A DNA stretch of 64,000 nt from Spirochaetia bacterium (lineage in GTDB: Bacteria > Spirochaetota > Spirochaetia > DSM-27196 > Salinispiraceae): positions 32,001 to 96,000 of the forward strand of contig JBBRCZ010000008.1 in NCBI GenBank assembly GCA_038204425.1, read 5' to 3'. Made by a program: the position numbers and the translations under genes. Shown piece after piece: positions 29,179 to 38,677 of this stretch. The notes beneath the pieces are model-generated. The model did no database searches and had not been told where the DNA came from. It saw only the letters and a program-made list of their open reading frames with translations. Positions within the stretch are counted from its first letter, which is position 1, and each line of letters begins with the position of its first letter.

Positions 29179-30126
29179 TTAACGCTTTCGAATTACTCTA
29201 AGCTTTGCACTTCGCGATGGCGGATTGCGCTCCAACTCCGCATCACTGGCCACCACCGGCTTCTTGGTCAAAATATCTGCCTTTGGAACACCGCCGCATT
29301 GACAGCGCGGTAGCTCAGGTGGACAGACACAAGCCCGTGCCAAATTTACAAAAGTGTGTTTAACCAAGCGATCTTCGAGTGAGTGAAAGCTGATGACCGC
29401 CAAGCGCCCTCCGCCAGCGAGGTTGCTCCAAGCAGCTATAAGGCTTCTTTCCAGCCGCCCCAGCTCGTCGTTTACCAACATACGGAGCGCCTGAAAGGTC
29501 CTCGTTGCAGGATGTATGCGACCACGACGATACTCAGCAGGAACAGCCGAACTAATCAGCTCAGCCAGCTCACGGGCCGTCAAGGCATGCATGCGAGCCG
29601 CACCTTCGTCGCCCCGCAAGCGCATCAAGCGTGCAGCAATGCGCCGTGCATAGCGCTCCTCACCAAGATTAAAGAGCACCATCATCAGGTCATACTCTTT
29701 ACACTCAGAAAGATACTCGGCAACTGACCTGCCTGCGCTTGTAGATAGGCGCATGTCCAAAGGCTCATCTTTGGCAAACGAAAAGCCTCGTCCAGACTCA
29801 CTGTAATGAAATATTGAAATACCGAGGTCGAGCAATATCCTGTCGGCCGGTAGCTGCAAGGGCCAGGACGAAAAAAAGTCGTCAAACCATTGGTGGTAAA
29901 AACTGACCCTATCCCCAAAGCGACTTAATCGCTCTCGAGCCTTGGCCATTATTACTTCATCAGCGTCAATCGCACAGAGCTTCACTTGAGCATAAGTTTC
30001 TAGAATGCGTTCCGAATGCCCACCTTCTCCCAAAGTCCCGTCTATCCATAAGCACGCCTTCTCATCGTCTGGCTTGAGATACTCAAGCACTTCGTCGGCC
30101 ATTACCGACTGATGAACATATTCCAC
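29179..30126 (-). CDS. rsmH: 16S rRNA m4C1402 methyltransferase RsmH (MraW)
   Basis: DGTLGEGGHS, LDLGIS, PLDMR, ISFHSLEDR, NPPSRSAKLR. Confidence 0.97.
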   Translation of the reverse strand: MEYVHQSVMADEVLEYLKPDDEKACLWIDGTLGEGGHSERILETYAQVKLCAIDADEVIMAKARERLSRFGDRVSFYHQWFDDFFSSWPLQLPADRILLDLGISIFHYSESGRGFSFAKDEPLDMRLSTSAGRSVAEYLSECKEYDLMMVLFNLGEERYARRIAARLMRLRGDEGAARMHALTARELAELISSAVPAEYRRGRIHPATRTFQALRMLVNDELGRLERSLIAAWSNLAGGGRLAVISFHSLEDRLVKHTFVNLARACVCPPELPRCQCGGVPKADILTKKPVVASDAELERNPPSRSAKLRVIRKR

Positions 30127-30131
30127 GACGC

Positions 30132-30587
30132 TTATTCCCCGGGACCAAAGAAGGAGATGAGACCTCCCAGTTCTTCAGCCGCATCCTTAAACTCATCCTG
30201 TGTGCTTTCTGTATATGCGCGATATGCCTCAAGTCCCCATATTTCCATATATTTAATTAGCCCCAAAATTACACACTCCTTTTCCAAGACCGCTGACTCT
30301 TGCAACGAACCGGGAATATTGATCCTCCCTAATTTATCAAGCTCAATTTCTTGTGCCGGCGCAATTATGCGCCGCTGCAACAATCGAGCTTTGGCTTGAA
30401 AAGGCGAAGCAGCTCTCATAAGTGAATCAGCGATACGAGCCCATTCTTCGGGCGGAAATACCCACAGGCAGTTTTCTATACCTCTAGTGATAACCAATGA
30501 ACTGCCGTCGATATCCCCTCGCAATCGCGAAGGAACAAGGATGCGGCCTTTCTCATCTATGCTTACCCTAAACTCCCCTGTTCGCAT
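30132..30587 (-). CDS. mraZ: Division/cell-wall cluster repressor MraZ
   Basis: Two DxKGR-type motifs (IDEKGR, LDKLGR), MEIW. Confidence 0.95.
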   Translation of the reverse strand: MRTGEFRVSIDEKGRILVPSRLRGDIDGSSLVITRGIENCLWVFPPEEWARIADSLMRAASPFQAKARLLQRRIIAPAQEIELDKLGRINIPGSLQESAVLEKECVILGLIKYMEIWGLEAYRAYTESTQDEFKDAAEELGGLISFFGPGE

Positions 30588-30590
30588 CCT

Positions 30591-30630
30591 TCTTTACCAC
30601 TTTCTTCCGCTTTCTACCACTTTTTCCCAC
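30591..30630 (-). promoter_or_regulatory. MraZ-binding repeats (four GTGG-N6 units, 10-bp period)
   Basis: Minus strand GTGGGAAAAA GTGGTAGAAA GCGGAAGAAA GTGGTAAAGA directly upstream of mraZ; TTGACA at 30666-30661. Confidence 0.88.
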
Positions 30631-30789
30631 ACATCATAATGTTATTGCTTTACCTTCTTCTGTCAACTGACAGTAGACAGAATTATTGACAATTGAGGCA
30701 AAACATGTCAACGTTTGTTGAGTACTTAGGATTTCTTGAATGCTGTTGCAGCAAAAAGAGAGGCTTTAAACTAGTGACTGGCGATGGAA

Positions 30790-32397
30790 TTAGTTACTAC
30801 GGCGGCGTTTATTGTGAAAACTCATATAGTTGATGTCGGGGAAGATGTTGTTCTTGCGTTCAACTTTGGTCAACCAATCGGTTCCCATCTTTCCTTCACC
30901 CATGGCGTCATATATATGGTAGAAATTGGCGAGGTGCTCTTTAATACGCGATGCGGCATAGCTACTGGCGGTACCGTTGCGCATTATTACTGGCCAGTCA
31001 ATGCTTTGAGTCAGCAGAACTTCGCGCGCTGCCTGATTGAGAGCCCTTCTTTTGAGGCCGGTAACGTCTGGAAAGCGATCAACTAACTCCACCATGCGAT
31101 CAATAGCCATGTGCAAGTGGCGGTAAATCCAATCGTTGCTACCCTCTAACCACGTTTCAGCATAACCTTTGTTTCCCCAACTGGAAAATATAGGCGACAC
31201 TTTTTGGTGTTGGGGATACTGGGCCAGATAATTGAGCGGCAAAATGGTGGACAACTGGTCACCTTGTTTAGCAAGCTCTCGCAAAATGGCTTCCAGCCAA
31301 TCAACACCCTCAAACCAGCGGTGGCCAAGCAACTCAGCGTTGTACGGTGAACTTGAAATTGGTGGCACTGACATTAAAGGCTGCACTTTTTTAAAGTGCA
31401 TCAAGTGGTGAAAGACAAAATTTTGCGCGTGTTCTTTAATCTTTTGCTTGGCAAGTGCAGGATCATAAGGTTGTTTGTGGGCGGTATCGCCACTTATGGC
31501 ATAGTATTTATAGCCAGTATTGATACGGGTTTTTTCGAGATGGATGTATGGACTTACGTAAGCAAGGTCTAGGTCATGCCCAATATCGCGATAGAACTCG
31601 CGATAGACAGGGTCACTTGGATAACCGGATTTGGACGACCAAACCAAGCTGACAGTTGAAAGATCGCGCGGAAAAGCATGCAAACCGTTGGGGAGGGTTA
31701 CCGGTGCGTAGAGCCCAGAACGTGGTACATCGGGAGAAAAAAGCACCGCATGTGCACTGGTGTAGAAATATCTAACGCCACAGTCCCTAAGGTATTTCTC
31801 GAGTCCTGGAAAATAGCCGGCCTCGGGTAGCCAGACACCCTGCGCCACTCCGCCAAAACTACGTGCAAAAGCTTGTTGGGTAACATCAAACTGGGCCTGA
31901 ATACTTTCTGGATAGTGTTCGTAAAAGGGCAAAAAAGGATAAGTGCCAACCGTTGTGATAAGCTCAATCTCGCCAAGTTGAGCCAAGCGACCAAAGCCTG
32001 CAAGAATATTGCGATTGTAAAGCTCCAAAAAATCTTGGTAGTTTTGACTAAACAGATCAAGGTAGATCTGGACCAAAGGCACAAATTCGTGACCTTCGCG
32101 TCTAGTGCGTTCCAACTCTTTTTCACCCAGCTCCATCATCTTAACTAGGTGTTGTATATAACGCTCTTGCAAGAGTTCGTCCTGCAGCATGGCCATCAAG
32201 CTAGGAGAAAATGACAAAGTAATGTTAATGGGTATTTTATCTTCATGAAGGCGGTTTAAGCTCCGCAGCAACGGCAAATAGGTCTCAGAAATAGCTTCGA
32301 ACAACCAGCGCTCTTCCAAAAACTCAGAATACTCAGGATGCCTGATAAACGGCAAATGGGCGTGCAAAAGTATGTTTAAGTAAGACTTAAGCATCAA
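30790..32397 (-). CDS. GH57 family glucan-branching-enzyme-like protein (DUF1957 C-terminus)
   Basis: LHAHLPF, EERWLFEAISETYLPL, WLPE nucleophile, YREFYRD, SSWG; the acid/base position reads PYN instead of PYD. Confidence 0.88.
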   Translation of the reverse strand: MMLKSYLNILLHAHLPFIRHPEYSEFLEERWLFEAISETYLPLLRSLNRLHEDKIPINITLSFSPSLMAMLQDELLQERYIQHLVKMMELGEKELERTRREGHEFVPLVQIYLDLFSQNYQDFLELYNRNILAGFGRLAQLGEIELITTVGTYPFLPFYEHYPESIQAQFDVTQQAFARSFGGVAQGVWLPEAGYFPGLEKYLRDCGVRYFYTSAHAVLFSPDVPRSGLYAPVTLPNGLHAFPRDLSTVSLVWSSKSGYPSDPVYREFYRDIGHDLDLAYVSPYIHLEKTRINTGYKYYAISGDTAHKQPYDPALAKQKIKEHAQNFVFHHLMHFKKVQPLMSVPPISSSPYNAELLGHRWFEGVDWLEAILRELAKQGDQLSTILPLNYLAQYPQHQKVSPIFSSWGNKGYAETWLEGSNDWIYRHLHMAIDRMVELVDRFPDVTGLKRRALNQAAREVLLTQSIDWPVIMRNGTASSYAASRIKEHLANFYHIYDAMGEGKMGTDWLTKVERKNNIFPDINYMSFHNKRRRSN

Positions 32398-33130
32398 AGC
32401 CCACCTGACTCTCTCTAATACTCAAAATCCTCTGTGGAATTTCAGTGTGGACGCCTCGTTCCCCTAAGGACTCAATGCCTGATAAAAAGATCAAAGCGTC
32501 GGTCTCAAAAGAGTCCAGGACTTCCAGCTTTTGACTAATAGCGCCCATGGGCACGTTAATTCTTCGTGAGCTGGCAAGAATCTTCTCGCTATCGGCCAGG
32601 CGAGCCAAGAGATGCACGCGATAGTGACACTCTCGATTTTGCAAGTTGAGATACCATGAGCTGTCATCCATGCTAATTGGCACCTCCATAATGTTCTGCC
32701 CGGTTCTGCTTGTGGTGGCTATCCACTCTAGTCGTAAAAGTAGCTCCCTAAAATCTTGATTGTTGATGTACTCAGACTTGTCGTGAGTAGAAATATCCCA
32801 ATAACAAAAGGCCCAGGCCGGATCCCTTAGCATCAGATCAATGCGGCTGACGTTGTACGATTGTGGGAACTCAAAGCTGTCGGTCTGAACATCAGTTGAT
32901 TGGCCAAAAATCTGTTCCAAACTCTCAAATCGCTGCTGATGATAAGAAACCGGAAAGGCGTCTTCCTCGTCGCGACTATCGTGTTCCTCTCGCATAGCTT
33001 CGAAGACGGCAAGCTCTATCAGAGTGCGGTCGGGCTGCGATTCCACGTCTTCGTCTATATCCACCCCATACATTTCAACCAGGCGCAACAGATCTTCTAG
33101 AGTCAACTGTGAAAGCTTTTCGCGTGTCAT
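32387..33130 (-). CDS. DUF4912 domain protein
   Basis: PQSYNVSRIDLMLRDPAWAFCYWDI, SWYLN; overlaps the GH57 start. Confidence 0.82.
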   Translation of the reverse strand: MTREKLSQLTLEDLLRLVEMYGVDIDEDVESQPDRTLIELAVFEAMREEHDSRDEEDAFPVSYHQQRFESLEQIFGQSTDVQTDSFEFPQSYNVSRIDLMLRDPAWAFCYWDISTHDKSEYINNQDFRELLLRLEWIATTSRTGQNIMEVPISMDDSSWYLNLQNRECHYRVHLLARLADSEKILASSRRINVPMGAISQKLEVLDSFETDALIFLSGIESLGERGVHTEIPQRILSIRESQVGFDA

Positions 33131-33206
33131 GAATACACCGACCTTGTCCGTAAACTATGTTCCCAGAAAGAAGAAACCGACAGAGCCAGCGGCTCCCCGC
33201 ATCCCC

Positions 33207-33235
33207 ATCCTAAGACCAAGCACAGTGGCTGTCAA
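33207..33235 (-). promoter_or_regulatory. Sigma-70-type promoter for DUF4912-GH57
   Basis: TTGACA-17bp-TAGGAT. Confidence 0.65.
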
Positions 33236-33243
33236 GCTCTGAT

Positions 33244-34224
33244 TTAGGGTGATTTGTTTGGATCGCTTACTACAAGACGCATCCGTGCACTCGATCGCCA
33301 GCCATAAGCATCGCTCATGCCAAGCTCAAGGCGCCTAAAGCCTGGCTTAAGATCAATCCAGCCAGCGTTGACTGCTTGTTCATTCGACATTATATCGGAC
33401 CAAGTGGGCAAAGTAGTCCAAGCGTAGACCAATGAGCGAGACTGTGGATCAGCAATTAGTTGATAGCGAGAAAAATCATAAATACTTTTTCCATCGATAG
33501 ATAGAGTCATTTCCAAGGGAAGTCCTATCGAGGGGCGTTGTTCTTCTTGTTTAGAAACAAGTGCCAGAGAATCACGAGCGTGGACAAGAACCTGATAGTT
33601 TCGCGCCACCAGATCACTGTTTGGTTTGAGTGTCTGCGACACAAGCTGATTTAAACTTTCGTTCTTCCAAGCAAACTGTAGGCTCTGCAGTACCGGGGCT
33701 CTATCGTCCTTAAACAGCGGTAAAACCGTCAGCGGGTTAACAAAACCACCATTTTTACTGTCTTGAATTGCAAAAAAGAGTTCAACTGCGCTATCGGCGG
33801 CTGGACTCCAACTAACGAGTTCACCTCCTTTTTTTGCAAAGTATGGTTCGCTTGCTTGCCACGTTTTGTGATGCCAGCCATTCAGTTTTTCCAACGAGTA
33901 CAATGACCTAAAACCTTGTGCATGTTGAAGCAGCACTGCGGCTCGGCTGTTAAAAGGAATCCTTGAACGGTGGCGACTAATAGACGCGCTCTTTATGACC
34001 AGATCCCCATCTTCGATGGCTGAGATTGACTTGCCATCTAGCTTGAGCCAGACACCACTCAAAAACGAACCCTGATTGGCGGAAGCAAAATCAGCACTGA
34101 GCGCAAGCGCTTGACTAGGCCAAATCCACGCGTAAACCGAAGCGGGTAAACCTATTGCTACCGATACTATGCAAAATATTACCGTACAAATAATTACTGT
34201 TCTTTTATTCACCGGATTGTCCAA
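33244..34224 (-). CDS. Exported protein with degenerate M23/LytM-like domain
   Basis: Signal peptide; WIWP, AIEDGDLV, LLQHAQGFRSLYS, LFFAIQD...VNPLTVLP follow the M23 outline without HxxxD/HxH. Confidence 0.55.
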   Translation of the reverse strand: MDNPVNKRTVIICTVIFCIVSVAIGLPASVYAWIWPSQALALSADFASANQGSFLSGVWLKLDGKSISAIEDGDLVIKSASISRHRSRIPFNSRAAVLLQHAQGFRSLYSLEKLNGWHHKTWQASEPYFAKKGGELVSWSPAADSAVELFFAIQDSKNGGFVNPLTVLPLFKDDRAPVLQSLQFAWKNESLNQLVSQTLKPNSDLVARNYQVLVHARDSLALVSKQEEQRPSIGLPLEMTLSIDGKSIYDFSRYQLIADPQSRSLVYAWTTLPTWSDIMSNEQAVNAGWIDLKPGFRRLELGMSDAYGWRSSARMRLVVSDPNKSP

Positions 34225-35288
34225 TCAATTGACTGCAATCCACTGCTGTTAGAAAGCACCATACCGGATCCATGCGCTGCGACAAGATCCAAAGACTTGG
34301 CGCTGGCATCCGAAACTAGCACCGTGCGTCCATCTGGCTTCATCATTATAAGTCGATGCCCCTGACCTGTGTTAAACAGCAAGGACATGCCGCTCAATCT
34401 TGCGAGGCTTACTATTTGAACCAGCTCACCTTGTGCTTCAAAGCTTCGAAGCAAGCGGGACTCAATATCAAAGACACCAATGGAGCTGGCAAGATCCATC
34501 ACCAAAAAGCGGCCATCAAGAACCTCTTCTAGGTAGATACCTTGCCTGTTTTCTTGAGGCAGACCTTGACGAAATACCACCTCAAAATCTATGCCACCAT
34601 TGGACAATGCGTTTTCTTTCAAAAGAATCAACTGCTGCGGTTCGACGTCGGATATAACGGCCAGCACTTGAAAGTTTTCTGCCCAGCTTAGGCCGTAGAT
34701 ACAAGACAGCTTTCCTCTGCCAGGCCTGCCCTTCCACAAAACTTGACCCTCACGCGAAAAAACTATGATGCTACCGTCAGAAAAGCCAACAAAGACTCTG
34801 CCGGACGGGTCAGAGTCAACTACCGTAACAAACTGATCACCTTCAAAGCGCCAAATCTCGCGCCCGGTGGAGTCAAAGCGCCAAAAAGTATTACCTTCTC
34901 GAGACAAGGTGACTAGGCTAGAACCAAGTGCAATAGCCAAAGTACCGTTTATTTTTTTGGCTTCTTTTTTTGGTACCGAATTGAACAACAAGCTTCCATC
35001 GGTGTCTGTCTCTACCAAGTAGTTTGGCCCACTTACTACCAAGGCATTGTCCGACAAAAGCGTTGCCTTTTCTCCAGATTTCTCAAATGCCATCAAGCCA
35101 AAAGACGTATACATCGGCAAGGCTTCCTCGCCTGCGACAATGCCTGGCAGTGTTAGTATGTCTTGGCTGTCCAAATCCCAGCCAACCCTCACTCGAGGCT
35201 CAGCTACAAACGATGCGGGCAATAAAAAAACGTAAACCAACAACAAGACCAGCAAAATACCAAAAAAAAGCTTCTTCCCGACTACCAT
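34209..35288 (-). CDS. Membrane-anchored beta-propeller (PQQ/WD40-like) protein
   Basis: N-terminal TM; FDSTGREIW, VFVGFSDGSIIVFSREGQVLW blade-like repeats. Confidence 0.6.
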   Translation of the reverse strand: MVVGKKLFFGILLVLLLVYVFLLPASFVAEPRVRVGWDLDSQDILTLPGIVAGEEALPMYTSFGLMAFEKSGEKATLLSDNALVVSGPNYLVETDTDGSLLFNSVPKKEAKKINGTLAIALGSSLVTLSREGNTFWRFDSTGREIWRFEGDQFVTVVDSDPSGRVFVGFSDGSIIVFSREGQVLWKGRPGRGKLSCIYGLSWAENFQVLAVISDVEPQQLILLKENALSNGGIDFEVVFRQGLPQENRQGIYLEEVLDGRFLVMDLASSIGVFDIESRLLRSFEAQGELVQIVSLARLSGMSLLFNTGQGHRLIMMKPDGRTVLVSDASAKSLDLVAAHGSGMVLSNSSGLQSIDWTIR

Positions 35289-35290
35289 AG

Positions 35291-36100
35291 TTAAGTTTTT
35301 CCTGCTTGTTTTTTGTCGTCATCTTCCATCTTGGCTTTCCATACATCAAGCTTTCGTTTGACAGTTTCTGCTTGGTCACCCTCACCGAGTATCATATGCA
35401 ACCTGCGCAGTGCCGACAAAAAATTGATCGCCAGTTTAAAGTCGTCAATTCGATTGGTAGAAAGCTCATATTTTTCTCGATACCTGTCTGCGGCTTTGTT
35501 CATCCACTCTTTGCTAAGGCGCATGTAGTTGACTCTTGTTGCATAACCTTCCACTCGGGGGTCCAAATTGCCAACAAAGGTCTTAAGGTTAATCAAATTT
35601 TTGCACACCACGGCAAAGCGACCTTCCATATCGACGAACGACCACTTCCACTTTGAGTTGTCGCCAAAGTCTTCTTTGACGGCATCAATGGTGTAGCCAA
35701 GTTTTCTAATCAAATGGTAACGTTTTTCATCAGGGTAGTCTTCTATTGCTTCAACCATTTCTTGGTAGTCAGAAAACGGCACATCAATAAAGTCACTAAC
35801 GGTTTTTTCTAGGTAAATTATCGAGTCATAACACTCTTTGCGCGCATAGTTGATAAAGTTTTCGTTCTTTACACCCAAGAGGCTCAATGAGATGTTGTTG
35901 AGCAACAAGTAGAGCGAGGCTTGGTTGAGGGCATCCTCGGCAAGCGACAAGCGCTTGAAAGATGCAGCAGACTTTTCTTCGTCTCGCTCGATGGCCAAAA
36001 GCATGGTCTTTTCTCGCTGCTGGATTTGGTCAATTTCTTGCTTATAGTGACTAACACGTAGGGCATACGTTGATTTAGCCTCGGTAGAAACTTTAGCCAC
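35291..36100 (-). CDS. Hypothetical alpha-helical protein downstream of recN
   Basis: Long clean ORF; GTG 36100 with GAGGAGG RBS, overlapping recN stop; no recognisable motif. Confidence 0.75.
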   Translation of the reverse strand: MAKVSTEAKSTYALRVSHYKQEIDQIQQREKTMLLAIERDEEKSAASFKRLSLAEDALNQASLYLLLNNISLSLLGVKNENFINYARKECYDSIIYLEKTVSDFIDVPFSDYQEMVEAIEDYPDEKRYHLIRKLGYTIDAVKEDFGDNSKWKWSFVDMEGRFAVVCKNLINLKTFVGNLDPRVEGYATRVNYMRLSKEWMNKAADRYREKYELSTNRIDDFKLAINFLSALRRLHMILGEGDQAETVKRKLDVWKAKMEDDDKKQAGKT

Positions 36101-37814
36101 GAGACGCCTCCTCAAAAAGTGTCGGAGCCGGAGAGCGGTAACGAGCCAAAAGCTCACGGGCATGGCTTAAAGAAGCTTGCCCCGTTTTGTCTCCCGACAA
36201 CATACGCGCAACTTCTGCAACCCGATTCTCACCTTGGACTGAGCCGACTACCGTATGGGTGCGACCATCCCTAATCTCCTTCTCAACCTTCAAATGATTA
36301 TCGGCGCGAACCGCGATACTCGCAAGGTGTGTAATTGCCAGAATCTGCGTTTGTCGTGACAAGATCTGCAAGTGTTTTCCTACAGCCACGGCAACTTCGC
36401 CACCTATCCCAGTGTCTACCTCGTCAAAGACCAGTGTCTCAAGCTCTTCAGTGTCCGCCATGGCGGCTTTTATAGCCAACATGACGCGCGAGATTTCACC
36501 ACCCGACGCGACTTGCTTGAGGGCTTTAAGTGGCTCACCTTGGTTGGCAGACAACATAAACTCAATTTCATCCAAGCCCCAAGGTCCACACGAACCACCA
36601 CCTTTTTCTGACTCTCGGCGCTTAAAGCTAACCTCAAAAACGGCCTTTGCCATACCCAGACTCGCCAAGGCGGTTTCTACCACCTGCTTTAGACGCAGGG
36701 CAGCGGCCTTGCGTTTTTTTGAAAGTTCTAGCGCATTAGCCAAAATACTCGACTCTGCATCTTTAATTCTCTGATTAAGTTCATCGAGATTTTGGTCAAA
36801 GTTCTCAAGCTGCGAAAGTGTCTGCTTTGACTCCTCTGCCCAGGTCAAAACTTCGTCAAGATTGGACCCATACTTCTTCTTGAGCTTTTGAAGTATGCTC
36901 AAACGCTCTTCGATGCGGTCAAGGCCTCCTTCTTCAAAAACCAAGGTGTCTTGATAAGAAAGCAAGTTACTACTCAGATCTTCTAGCTCGTAGTAAAGGT
37001 TCTCCACTCGACCATGCATCTCTTGCAAATCTGAGTCCACCGCCATCGCGTCGTGCAAGCTGGCTCGCCCCTGATAGAGTCCTGCCAAGGCACCGCCTGA
37101 GCTTGCGGACAATGACTCGTAAGCATGTGCCAGGGACGAAAAAAGCTTTTCTGATTGTTGCATCATACGGCGTTCTTTTTCTAGCTCAAGATCTTCACCA
37201 GTGCGCGGGGCTGCTTCCGCGATTTCTTCAAGCGCGTAGCTAAGATAGTCAACTTGGCGCTGCCTGTCTTTTTGATTCTCGAGTAGTTTTTCGCGTTGCC
37301 TAACCAAGACTGCCATTGCTGTAAATTCTTTATAAAAATCGTCGGCAATGATCTTAAGACCGCCAAAGCGATCTATCATTGCTCGATGTTGCTCAACTGC
37401 AAAAAGACTTTGGTGCTCATGCTGCCCATGCAGGTCAAAAAGTAAGGCAGAAAAGTCAGTTAGTTCTTTGAGCGACACGGCCTGACCTTGGATGTACATG
37501 CCAGCTTTTCCATTTCTTCGCAGAATACGACGTATTAAGACGCGCGAATCTTCAAGCGCCAGGCCACGCTCGCCAAGCCATCTGATGACTTCTTGGCCTG
37601 ATGTCATAGAAAACACCGCACTAACAACGGCTTCGTCAGCACCACTACGAATTAAGTCAAGTTCGCCTTTGGCTCCTCTGATTAGTCCCAAAGCACCTGC
37701 CAAAATGGATTTGCCAGCGCCAGTTTCTCCGGTCAGACAATTGAAGCCTCGGTCAAAATGCAAAACTGCTCGTTCAACAAGTGCAATGTTGGCAATACTC
37801 AGTTCTTCAAGCAT
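36093..37814 (-). CDS. recN: DNA repair protein RecN
   Basis: LTGETGAGKS, HGQHEHQ, ASGGEISR, FDEVDTGIGG, ITHL, EVARML. Confidence 0.96.
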   Translation of the reverse strand: MLEELSIANIALVERAVLHFDRGFNCLTGETGAGKSILAGALGLIRGAKGELDLIRSGADEAVVSAVFSMTSGQEVIRWLGERGLALEDSRVLIRRILRRNGKAGMYIQGQAVSLKELTDFSALLFDLHGQHEHQSLFAVEQHRAMIDRFGGLKIIADDFYKEFTAMAVLVRQREKLLENQKDRQRQVDYLSYALEEIAEAAPRTGEDLELEKERRMMQQSEKLFSSLAHAYESLSASSGGALAGLYQGRASLHDAMAVDSDLQEMHGRVENLYYELEDLSSNLLSYQDTLVFEEGGLDRIEERLSILQKLKKKYGSNLDEVLTWAEESKQTLSQLENFDQNLDELNQRIKDAESSILANALELSKKRKAAALRLKQVVETALASLGMAKAVFEVSFKRRESEKGGGSCGPWGLDEIEFMLSANQGEPLKALKQVASGGEISRVMLAIKAAMADTEELETLVFDEVDTGIGGEVAVAVGKHLQILSRQTQILAITHLASIAVRADNHLKVEKEIRDGRTHTVVGSVQGENRVAEVARMLSGDKTGQASLSHARELLARYRSPAPTLFEEASRG

Positions 37815-38661
37815 CAGGACCTCCTGACCAATTGAGCTTGGTACGCAATACGTCGTAAAAATTCCTCTTTTTGGAAAAGGCAATCTTTGCTTTGTACTTA
37901 GCTGCCAAAACTTTAATGTGGTCACCTTCGTTGAGTGGAAAGCTCACTTGACCATCAATGGTCAAAATTAGGGCTGTCCGTTGTTGGTTCATCACGTCCA
38001 TGCTAATAACTTCGCTAGAAGGTAGAACAATCGGTCGATGCGAAAGTGTAAACGGACAAATTGGGTTGAGAATCATGGCATCCATCTCTGGGTGCAGAAT
38101 TGGGCCGCCTGCAGCGGCCGAGTAGGCGGTAGATCCGGTTGGTGTGGCAACAATCATGCCATCAGCACGATATCTTCCTAGTTGCCCTTGGCTTAAAGAC
38201 AGGTGCAATGAAATTATTTTTGATATGCCGGCCCCGGCCACGACTGCGTCATTAAGTGCAGCTGAGCGAAAGACCTGAACGCCCGAACGCAGCACTATGC
38301 AGTCGATCATCAAACGATTGCATTGCTCTTGTTCATTATCCAAAAAACCACCTAACTCGTCGCTCCAATCCTCGACACCAACTTCGGTTATAAAGCCAAA
38401 GTTACCCAGATTTACTGGAAAAATTGGGATGCCATACTTAGCGACTTGCCGAGCAGTTGCCAGCACGGTGCCATCACCACCCAAACTTATGGCGTGTGTG
38501 ACACCCTCAAAAGCACTAGGGTCTTCTTGATGGAGAGAATTAAAACTCTTACATTCACCCTGGCGCTTGTGTATAAATTTTACAATTGAAGCGGCGAGTT
38601 CTCGGGCGCCAGGCTTTTCTTCGTTGACAAACAGGGCAGTCATTGCAGCTGACATGGGCAC
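37807..38661 (-). CDS. nadK: NAD kinase
   Basis: LGGDGT, NLGNFGF, LND, DGMIVATPTGSTAYS, IDG. Confidence 0.95.
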   Translation of the reverse strand: MPMSAAMTALFVNEEKPGARELAASIVKFIHKRQGECKSFNSLHQEDPSAFEGVTHAISLGGDGTVLATARQVAKYGIPIFPVNLGNFGFITEVGVEDWSDELGGFLDNEQEQCNRLMIDCIVLRSGVQVFRSAALNDAVVAGAGISKIISLHLSLSQGQLGRYRADGMIVATPTGSTAYSAAAGGPILHPEMDAMILNPICPFTLSHRPIVLPSSEVISMDVMNQQRTALILTIDGQVSFPLNEGDHIKVLAAKYKAKIAFSKKRNFYDVLRTKLNWSGGPDA

Positions 38662-38677
38662 ATCCTCGTCTGAGCAA

